Part shown: piece after piece, positions 18,545-26,181 of the stretch
How the letters are laid out: every line of letters starts with the position of its first letter
How positions within the stretch are numbered: the first letter of the stretch is position 1
From: a virus
Length of the DNA stretch: 64,000 nucleotides
Reading direction: 5' to 3' (one strand)
IMG/VR virus record: IMGVR_UViG_3300042502_001233
Span: 19,125 to 83,124 of that record
Translations under genes and position numbers: made by a program
The notes under the pieces: generated by a model
The model's database searches: none
What the model was told of the DNA's origin: nothing
Seen by the model: only the letters and a program-made list of their open reading frames with translations

Positions 18545-18765
18545 AATTCATCGTCCTTTTTAATCTCTACAAAGATTACGGTGAACCCACCTTCTTTATG
18601 AAATCTTAGCTCTCCGTGATATCCACTGGCATCAGCTATCTTTCTGTACTTATCGACTATCAGGTCGAAATCTTTTGTAAGGTTTACAGTTTTCTCTGTT
18701 CCTAATTTTCTCACCAACTCACCCATAGTCTTAAAATAAAAAAACCCGATTAAGTTTTCACTCAT
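18535..18765 (-). CDS. hypothetical protein
   Basis: 76 aa; a hairpin plus T-run overlaps its start codon. Confidence 0.35.
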   Translation of the reverse strand: MSENLIGFFYFKTMGELVRKLGTEKTVNLTKDFDLIVDKYRKIADASGYHGELRFHKEGGFTVIFVEIKKDDELEE

Positions 18766-19114
18766 CGGGTTGTATATTGTTATCTTTTGAATTCTTACTA
18801 GAACTCTATGATGTCACAATTAGACATACCCGACACTTGGTGACTATTGCGTCTCCAATTCGAAATCGAAATCATATGTATGTTAATTGTTCTCATTTTG
18901 TTTTATTTTTAATGTTGTTTTTAAATTCTTTGCAAATATACGAACTTATTTAATACAAGTCAAGTTTTTTGCAACTTTTTTTTTCTATTTTTTTCTTTTT
19001 ACTGTTGTTCTTGATACTTGGACTGTTTTTCTACTGTTTGTAGTACCTTTTCTTGTTTCAATAACTCTAGAATGTGCTTTCCTTTTATGTGATGGCATAT
19101 CTTTTATTATTAAA

Positions 19115-19166
19115 TATGTGCAAAGATACAAAAAGTTAAAATACTGTGCAAGTTTTTTTTAAAAAA
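19115..19166 (-). promoter_or_regulatory. class-1 promoter (TTGCAC-N17-TTGTATCTTTG on minus strand)
   Basis: Plus-strand tgtgcaaagatacaaaaagttaaaatactgtgcaagtttttttt. Confidence 0.4.
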
Positions 19167-19617
19167 TTTCAGCTGTTATATAAACTTCTGATGTTGTAGC
19201 TACCAATTCTCTGCGTTTTAACCAATCGTCAAGATTTTTTAAACCTTTGAATTGTTGACCCCAAATATAGTCAACACCTAGTGTTTTTGGATAATCTTTT
19301 AATTTGTTTCCGTAACCCATACCTCTTATACTAGAGTCTGTCGCCAACAGCACACCTTCAACACCTACTAGGTCATCATATTTTGATGCTGTTACAAAAT
19401 CTGTTATTTGATGGTTACCTAATAAATAAACACCTAATATTTTTCCATCTTCATTAAGCAGCAAAGCTGATATATCCCAATTAGTTACTGACTTCAAATA
19501 TTCTTCGAAGCTGTATTTGCTCATAAGATGGTTAAAGTATGAGTATGGAAACTCCAATACGTTATCTCTTAATTCTTGTGGTATTCCTTTTTTAATCTGC
19601 ATCTGTAATAATTTCAA
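19159..19617 (-). CDS. possible GNAT acetyltransferase
   Basis: IRGMGYGNKL resembles GNAT motif A. Confidence 0.4.
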   Translation of the reverse strand: MKLLQMQIKKGIPQELRDNVLEFPYSYFNHLMSKYSFEEYLKSVTNWDISALLLNEDGKILGVYLLGNHQITDFVTASKYDDLVGVEGVLLATDSSIRGMGYGNKLKDYPKTLGVDYIWGQQFKGLKNLDDWLKRRELVATTSEVYITAEIF

Positions 19618-20068
19618 AAAATTGATAGTCTCTGACCATCCAAATATCGTTAAGTTGTTTTGGTGTATATTTGATTATTCCTTGCCATGGGTCTAATATG
19701 TCGAAGTGTTGTTCACTGTATCCGTTTACTATTATCCAATGTGGGACACCGTGTGTTATTGTTCTAACAATTGGTATGTTATCTGAGTCGATAACTTGTT
19801 TAAGTAAATCAAAAGGTCTTGGAGAGTGAATGTATTCAATGTATTTTAAGTTACACGCTTCGAATCCTTTAATCATTTTATCTGGTGGTGTTCCTACCAC
19901 CCAATCGGTGCCGCATGCTTCAGCAATTTTCTCTACTGTGTCTGAAATTTCAACATCAAACGGTAAATCGTTTGGTTTGTTCATAACATATCTTAAAGCC
20001 ATGTATATACAAGTTGGACCGCATGTATTTCCAGTAGGTTGTTGTTTATAACTAATAGTTATCATCAT
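19592..20068 (-). CDS. C39-like papain-fold cysteine peptidase
   Basis: QQPTGNTCGPTC catalytic Cys motif and downstream His (VPHWIIVNGY). Confidence 0.55.
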   Translation of the reverse strand: MMITISYKQQPTGNTCGPTCIYMALRYVMNKPNDLPFDVEISDTVEKIAEACGTDWVVGTPPDKMIKGFEACNLKYIEYIHSPRPFDLLKQVIDSDNIPIVRTITHGVPHWIIVNGYSEQHFDILDPWQGIIKYTPKQLNDIWMVRDYQFFEIITDAD

Positions 20069-20438
20069 CGTCTTCGTCCCCGTAGTTGTCGTATAAGTTG
20101 TCTATATCTTCATCATCATCATCAAAATCTATTTCGTCTTCGTCCCCGATAACTTCTTCTAAGAAAGATTCTGTGATAAAAATACCAAATTCGTTGTTAA
20201 ATAATCTTTTAAATGTTTTTGCTTCTTCGTTTGTGATTTCTTTGAATTCGATTCTACCTAATAAATCTTCACCGCTTGAGTATTCTAATTCATCAGCACC
20301 CATCTTGTAAACAAATGGCCAATTGATGCTGGCGGCTAATTCTTCGAAGTTTTCAACTTCTTTGTCGCTCATTACTGTAAAACCGTTGATTTCAATTTCG
20401 TCCAACGTATCTGTGAACGTTACTAAAAATTTTGCCAT
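20052..20438 (-). CDS. acidic protein
   Basis: C-terminal DFDDDDEDIDNLYDNYGDEDDDDNY. Confidence 0.4.
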   Translation of the reverse strand: MAKFLVTFTDTLDEIEINGFTVMSDKEVENFEELAASINWPFVYKMGADELEYSSGEDLLGRIEFKEITNEEAKTFKRLFNNEFGIFITESFLEEVIGDEDEIDFDDDDEDIDNLYDNYGDEDDDDNY

Positions 20439-20483
20439 AATATAAAGTATTTTTACATAAATATATTATGGCAAAGTAATAAA

Positions 20484-21677
20484 TCAAGATAATCCTAATA
20501 ATTTTTTAAATTTATCAGTTTCCATTTTTTGAATGGCTTTTCCAAGTTCAGGTCCAGGACCTATATTGAATTTTTCCATCGCTTCTGGACCAGTAACTGT
20601 TAGTCTGAACTCTTCAAAAGCATCTAGCAATTGTGATGATATACCTTCGTTGCTACCAAAATTTCTAATTTGGTCGTTGGATACTCCAGAAGTTTGTTGT
20701 ACTTTCTTTAATAAGTAAGCAGTGTCAACATCTAACTTCAATAATGAAATTAAAAACACAATGGCTTTAATCTCATCCGATGAGTATTTTAAATCATTTA
20801 GTTTTTTTCTCAATACATCAACGTTGTTACCTTTTAACAACCTAGCTAACAATACTATGTAATCATCAGCTTTGTAATCAGAGTTTCTTCTAAATACTCT
20901 TGTGTCTACATCCAAATTAGGAAATATCCAATCAAACAATTTGTATTTGTCTAACATCAACAAGTAAGCGTCGGTTGATTTAGCTGATATAAGCCCTTTG
21001 ATAAATTCATCTCTAATACGTTCACCAGAAATACCTTCAAGACTAGCATCTTGTTGTAACGCAGCATCTACGTCAGGGTCCAACCCACTACCAAATCTAC
21101 CAGCCAGTCTTATACCTCTAAGTTTACGTAATTTATCTTCACTAAACCTGTCTTCTGATTTACCAACAGTGCGTATAACAGAATTTTTTAAATCAACGAT
21201 ACCACCTACTAAATCTACTACTTCTTGGGTGTCCATATCATAAAACAAAGCATTTACACTAAAATCTCTTCTTAAAACATCAGATTTTATATCTGAAAAT
21301 TCAACGTAATCTGGTCGTCTACCATCACTACTACCGATATCTTTACGCATAGTAGCTATCTCATATTCACCATCTGTAGTTATAACATTAACCACACCAA
21401 ACGCTTTACCTGTTTCCAATATATTTGTAACAAATTCTTGATTTTTTAATAAATTTATTACGTTATCTGGTGTGGCATTTGTTACTAAATCAAAATCTTT
21501 TGGTGTTACATTAAGTAACATATCACGAACTGACCCACCAATAGGGTATAATTCAAAACCATTTTTTTTAAAAATTGAATGAATTTTATTAACATTTGTC
21601 GGAAATTTAAAATAAATTTTTAATCTCTTCTCTGATGTTAAATTTTTTTTTAAAATTTCCTTTATAATTGTTTTCAT
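20484..21677 (-). CDS. tRNA nucleotidyltransferase (CCA-adding enzyme)
   Basis: Head-domain motif LYPIGGSVRDMLL...DFDL (GGxVRD / DxD). Confidence 0.8.
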   Translation of the reverse strand: MKTIIKEILKKNLTSEKRLKIYFKFPTNVNKIHSIFKKNGFELYPIGGSVRDMLLNVTPKDFDLVTNATPDNVINLLKNQEFVTNILETGKAFGVVNVITTDGEYEIATMRKDIGSSDGRRPDYVEFSDIKSDVLRRDFSVNALFYDMDTQEVVDLVGGIVDLKNSVIRTVGKSEDRFSEDKLRKLRGIRLAGRFGSGLDPDVDAALQQDASLEGISGERIRDEFIKGLISAKSTDAYLLMLDKYKLFDWIFPNLDVDTRVFRRNSDYKADDYIVLLARLLKGNNVDVLRKKLNDLKYSSDEIKAIVFLISLLKLDVDTAYLLKKVQQTSGVSNDQIRNFGSNEGISSQLLDAFEEFRLTVTGPEAMEKFNIGPGPELGKAIQKMETDKFKKLLGLS

Positions 21678-22549
21678 ATTTTATTATCATTTAAAATGTT
21701 TAATAACATTTTTTTAACAACATCAAATTTATTTTTAATATCAAATTCCCAAAATCTAATTATTTTAATATTATTGTCTTTTAACATTATTTCTTTTCTT
21801 TTATCTCTATCTATATTTTTAAGTTGAATGGAATCTAGGGTTTTATCTTTATAGACCAATGGGTTTGCATGCCAATAATCACCATCACATTCCACCACTA
21901 AGTTATACTTAGGTAAATAAAAATCAACTAAAAAATTATTTATTCTATGATTTTTAATAAAATCTATTGATTCATCAATTAATAAATCTTTAATTTTTAA
22001 TTCAATAATAGTTGGTTTTCTATTTTGAATCATCGCTTTATTTAAACGATTAATTATTATTTGTTTTTCTTCATCTGTTTTTTTAGACCAATTTAACTTA
22101 GCCTTTTCCGATAATTTCTCAGAATATTTTAAAATTCTTTCATCATTAAATTTAGTTTTCCCATTATTCCAAGCTGTTGAACCATACATAGGGTTATTTT
22201 CGCCACTTAAGCTTGGTAAGGTACCAGATTTAAACATATCAATTCTAGTTTTAGCTAACTTCTCAGATTTTATTCTAACTATTTGTGAATTTTCTTTAGT
22301 TTTACCTTTTAACGGTGAAACTTTACCAAACATTGCATTGTTTTCACCACTATTTAATCTAGATTTTATTTGATATGTTTGTTCTTTAGAGTGTTTCAAT
22401 TTTAATTTACCTATTTTAACACTAATCGCTTCTAATGTTCTATTATATTTCGAATTAAACAATGGATATATCTCACTTACAGAAAAACCGTTATTTTCAT
22501 ATAATTCTCTTAAATACCTAACTTCTTCTTCAGACCAATATTTTCTCAT
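21674..22549 (-). CDS. freestanding homing endonuclease: NUMOD3 repeats + Vsr-like/EDxHD catalytic domain
   Basis: GENNAMFGK and GENNPMYGS NUMOD3 motifs; C-terminal VVECDGDYWHANP. Confidence 0.75.
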   Translation of the reverse strand: MRKYWSEEEVRYLRELYENNGFSVSEIYPLFNSKYNRTLEAISVKIGKLKLKHSKEQTYQIKSRLNSGENNAMFGKVSPLKGKTKENSQIVRIKSEKLAKTRIDMFKSGTLPSLSGENNPMYGSTAWNNGKTKFNDERILKYSEKLSEKAKLNWSKKTDEEKQIIINRLNKAMIQNRKPTIIELKIKDLLIDESIDFIKNHRINNFLVDFYLPKYNLVVECDGDYWHANPLVYKDKTLDSIQLKNIDRDKRKEIMLKDNNIKIIRFWEFDIKNKFDVVKKMLLNILNDNKI

Positions 22550-22601
22550 AAATTTAATTTTATAATAAATATCTCTTAATATCCTAAAAGTGTCTTGTTA
22601 T

Positions 22602-22620
22602 TTTGCAAAGATACTACTAT
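22602..22620 (-). promoter_or_regulatory. class-1 -7 box upstream of the endonuclease gene
   Basis: tgcaaagatactact. Confidence 0.4.
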
Positions 22621-22623
22621 TTT

Positions 22624-23850
22624 TTAATTAAACAAATTAGTTCTTAATATTTTTTTTATTTCGTTTAAATCCAAGGCTAATTGATTAGGGTCAACAAATT
22701 TTTGTTTCTTCTTTTTCTCTTTTGGTGGTTGAATACCAAAATTCATCACTTTCATTGCTGTTGGTAAATCTAAGTAAGTTTCAATCATTCTATTAATATA
22801 ACTACCATAAATTTCATCTTCATCATCACCAGAATCGCCCATATCTCTGTTGGCCATATTGTATAATCTTTCAGAATCGCCTCTATAATCTGAATAATCA
22901 TATAATAATGGTTTTGTAAGTACGTGCATGAAATCTTCAGAATCTGAAGCTTGCGAAAAATCTATAATTATGTAACAATACCCGTTAGTAGAATTGTTGT
23001 ACCAATCATTCCAATTTGTATCACCACCTTTTCTATTATAAGTAAAACACCACAATGAATTACAACCAATTAGTTTAATACCTTCTGGACCAGAAACTTC
23101 AATAATCATTATGTTACCTTTATTATATTTAACCTTTAACTCATCATAATTTTCTTTATCGTATTTAAGTATTTGCCCTACTTGTTTTCTGGTCATATCG
23201 ACACCACCCAAAAGACTTTCTTTGTCGTAAAGAAAATCCATAACGTTATCCAAGGTTGTATTTTTTGTAAAAATTTTAGCTAGAATACTACGTTTAGCTT
23301 CTTCGTTTCTATTGTTTAACATGGACATATAAGCGTCAGCATTTTCTAATGAATCTCTATAATGATTCATTTCACTACTATCTCTTTCTCTTCTAATATC
23401 ATCCTTCATATTTCGTTTTGCTATTGAAGGCCATTCGTTAAATATGTTAAGTATTTTTTCACGCTGAGTCAAAGCTCTGATTAAGTCATTTACGTTTTCA
23501 ACACCGTTGATATTAAAACCTTTGATTGGGAATACGTTTTTGTTGTATTCTTTTAATTGATTGTATAATGGTCTTAGTTTTTTCAAATCATCCATACCCA
23601 TAACGTCATTCTCAGGTTTTTCAGTTTCTTGATGTTCTGGGTCTATTTGTTTTAACACCCAATTACCTGTTCTATGACCATCCATTAACATAATGTAGTA
23701 TATGTCAGTCATAATTTTGGTATATGGGTCACCATTGGTGACATGTGTGATTATTTCTCTAACTCTAGGTGATAATTTTCCAGAATTGAAATAAACTTTG
23801 TCAGCCAATTGTAGGTTTTCTCTAAGTAATTGTTTTATAAAATCCTTCAT
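22624..23850 (-). CDS. hypothetical protein
   Basis: 408 aa. Confidence 0.5.
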   Translation of the reverse strand: MKDFIKQLLRENLQLADKVYFNSGKLSPRVREIITHVTNGDPYTKIMTDIYYIMLMDGHRTGNWVLKQIDPEHQETEKPENDVMGMDDLKKLRPLYNQLKEYNKNVFPIKGFNINGVENVNDLIRALTQREKILNIFNEWPSIAKRNMKDDIRRERDSSEMNHYRDSLENADAYMSMLNNRNEEAKRSILAKIFTKNTTLDNVMDFLYDKESLLGGVDMTRKQVGQILKYDKENYDELKVKYNKGNIMIIEVSGPEGIKLIGCNSLWCFTYNRKGGDTNWNDWYNNSTNGYCYIIIDFSQASDSEDFMHVLTKPLLYDYSDYRGDSERLYNMANRDMGDSGDDEDEIYGSYINRMIETYLDLPTAMKVMNFGIQPPKEKKKKQKFVDPNQLALDLNEIKKILRTNLFN

Positions 23851-23878
23851 ACCTATAAATATCCTATAAAATAAAAAA

Positions 23879-23894
23879 GGGCCTCAGTGGGCCC
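23879..23894 (-). terminator. rho-independent terminator GGGCC-TCAGT-GGGCCC followed by a T-run on the minus strand
   Basis: Located after the stop codon of 23902..24315. Confidence 0.55.
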
Positions 23895-23901
23895 TAATTT
23901 A

Positions 23902-24315
23902 TTATACTACATGTAGCTTTTCAATCAAATCTTTTTTGTATTGTTCCATAACTTTGTAATTTACGTCTGGAGCATCCATTGAAGCTATGATTTCTTTCAA
24001 ACCATCAATTATAGGTTGTGTTTTTCTTTTAAGTCTAACACTCATGTAACCTTGGTCCAAAAACATAAGATGTTTAAGACCATTCTTAGCGTTAGGGCTT
24101 GACCAACCGTCAATGTTGAATTGGATGTTGATTCTGTTGGGTGTTAAATCTTCATTTAACAATATTCCCATCCAATATGTTTTACCATCTTTGGTTTTAG
24201 CGTCAAAAAGTCTAAAAGCTACTTTTTTATCGTTGATTGTTTTTACAAATACATGTTCTGATGTTTTGTTTAAATATGTGTTCAATTCTTGTTGAACTTG
24301 TTCTAATGTTTTCAT
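23902..24315 (-). CDS. hypothetical protein
   Basis: 137 aa. Confidence 0.45.
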   Translation of the reverse strand: MKTLEQVQQELNTYLNKTSEHVFVKTINDKKVAFRLFDAKTKDGKTYWMGILLNEDLTPNRINIQFNIDGWSSPNAKNGLKHLMFLDQGYMSVRLKRKTQPIIDGLKEIIASMDAPDVNYKVMEQYKKDLIEKLHVV

Positions 24316-24338
24316 TTTTTTTTCTTTTTAAGTTTATT

Positions 24339-24421
24339 ATTTTTATGTTTTGTCCAAGAACATAGACACGATGTCTATGTTGATGTCTATGTTGGACATG
24401 TTGTCCAAGATAGTGTCCAAG
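24339..24421. repeat. operator-like cluster: three TGTCCAAG direct repeats and two 7-8 bp palindromes
   Basis: ttgtccaaga...catagacacgatgtctatg...ttggacatgttgtccaaga...gtgtccaag, upstream of the gene starting at 24315. Confidence 0.4.
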
Positions 24422-24484
24422 TTATAATAAACTTAAGGCGGTGCTCTGATAATCTATTTCATAGTTTCTATTATTTAAAGTTTG

Positions 24485-24559
24485 AGGTCGGAGAGAGATT
24501 TGAACTCCCACCGTAAAGGTTCTTGCGGAACCAGTGCCTTACCATTCGACCATCCGACC
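24485..24559 (-). tRNA. tRNA-Cys(GCA), discriminator U73
   Basis: Acceptor GGTCGGA/TCCGACC, loop CCGCAAG, T-loop TTCAAAT. Confidence 0.6.
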
Positions 24560-24815
24560 CTGTTATTACGGATAAATCCTTGCGGTTATACCTTCATCCG
24601 TAGTTGTTATTTGTATCTTGCCTTTGAATTTCAACGACCCTTTGGTACTTGGGTTATCTGGCGTTTCTTTGGTTGAAAATCCTATACCAGAATCCATAAC
24701 CAAGTGGTCCACATAATAGGTTTGACCTTTGGCTTTTATTACCCACATCGGAATGCTAGGTTCTTGCAAATGCATTTTGTTGAAATGAAATATAATCTCG
24801 GTTCTTTTATCTATG

Positions 24816-25166
24816 TTAAGCATATTGAACCTCCTTTCCCATTAACGGACATGAGCTCGTTAATTTTTTGGCAGCATCGGTTGGCTCAAAAGCAACAGCC
24901 GTTATTTCGTTACCCAAGTCAGGTTCACGGAAAATTGTGTGTTTGATACCCATAAAGATAGCTTTGGTAATCAATTTGATTAGCGCTTCTTCATCAGCGA
25001 CAGTTAATAATGCTAAATAGTTTGATTTTGTTTGCCATTCGGTAGCTTCAACAGGGTGTTGATATTGGAAATCTACCAAGGCATGAGCTGATTGAACAGC
25101 TTGTTGTGAAGGTGTTAAGTCACGTCTTGTGACAACTCTTAATTTTTGATTGTTAATCTAAGTCAT
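24816..25166 (-). CDS. PTH2-family peptidyl-tRNA hydrolase with an in-frame TAG at codon 3
   Basis: Translation M-T-(TAG)-INNQKLRVVTRRDLTPSQQAVQSAHALVDF...LLTVADEEALIKL...ITAVAFEP matches PTH2 (VVRTDL...AAQ.SHA / VVLKA.DEE.L..L / TVLAIGP). The ORF track shows only the part after the TAG. Confidence 0.6.
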
Positions 25167-25226
25167 AATTTCTAATTTTTTGTTTATTATAAATATACCA
25201 CACTTTTAAAAAATGTAAAGTGTTTG

Positions 25227-25299
25227 TAGTTCTAATCGGACTCGAACCGATATCTCTCCGTTTTAGAGGCGGGTGTATTCACGTTAATACTATAGAACC
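25227..25299 (-). tRNA. candidate amber-suppressor tRNA, anticodon CUA
   Basis: The 73-nt hand fold fits canonical numbering. Acceptor is GGTTCTA/TAGAACT, D-stem GTAT/ATAC, anticodon loop CTCTAAA (34-36 = CUA), and T-arm ATCGG/TTCGAGT/CCGAT. The anticodon stem has C.A mismatches at both ends. Confidence 0.45.
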
Positions 25300-25349
25300 T
25301 TATTGTGGTACAAAGATACCACAAGTTTTTTAATTGTACAACTTTTTTT

Positions 25350-25562
25350 CTAACTTTTTTTCAAAAATTTTCCAAGTCTTAAAACTTTCTCTTTAAATTC
25401 CTCAAAAGTTCCGTTGTTTTCAATGATGATATCAGCACATGTTTTGTCAATATCAAACGATGATGGGTCTTCCAACGGAAGTCTTTCAGACGCATCAACC
25501 CAAATGATTATATCAAATAAACCTTGTCTCATACACTCGTTGATTTCAGCTCTATCTCGCAT
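25350..25562 (-). CDS. hypothetical protein
   Basis: 70 aa. Confidence 0.35.
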   Translation of the reverse strand: MRDRAEINECMRQGLFDIIIWVDASERLPLEDPSSFDIDKTCADIIIENNGTFEEFKEKVLRLGKFLKKS

Positions 25563-26178
25563 CTAAAGATAATTCAATAATTAAATCGTTAACAACTTTT
25601 TTTAACGCTTTAATGTCTTTTTTATCATTATAAATAACTTTACTAAAGTTAGTATAATCATCTAGATTAGTTTCTGAGATATGGTTTAAATCACGTAAGC
25701 TGTTCTCTCTAACACCCATTGGGTCGCCTTCCAGTCGAATTAAATAACCACCTTCTTTAAGGATATAGTCAGCTTCATTAACAAATCTAACATCTGGTAT
25801 CACAATAATTTTACCATTATTTAACTTAGTATCTAATTCTTCATTAAAGAATGATTTAACCCAAATATCAGTATCATAATTATCTCTAAATAAATCAGTA
25901 CCAACTAATTGTAATGTTTCACCAATAGTTTTATCAAATTGTTTAATAACTATATTTTTTTGGTCTTGAGTATAATTACGAATCTCATTGCAGAATGGTT
26001 TATTAGCTTCATGAGTTGTCGTCATACGTATACCACTAATTATTTCCGTAATTAACCTTAATTTATCAGCCAATGCATGTCTTTCTACTTTACCATGTAA
26101 TTGCTCAGCTAATAATTCAGCAAAGGTATCTTTACCACTACCTATTTTTCCACTAATACCTATAATTTTTTTTTTCAT
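25552..26178 (-). CDS. deoxynucleoside monophosphate kinase (T4 gp1-like)
   Basis: P-loop GISGKIGSGKDT (T4 gp1 GVKRSGKDT) and IVIPDVR...G.LIRLEG block. Confidence 0.65.
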   Translation of the reverse strand: MKKKIIGISGKIGSGKDTFAELLAEQLHGKVERHALADKLRLITEIISGIRMTTTHEANKPFCNEIRNYTQDQKNIVIKQFDKTIGETLQLVGTDLFRDNYDTDIWVKSFFNEELDTKLNNGKIIVIPDVRFVNEADYILKEGGYLIRLEGDPMGVRENSLRDLNHISETNLDDYTNFSKVIYNDKKDIKALKKVVNDLIIELSLDAR

Positions 26179-26181
26179 ATT

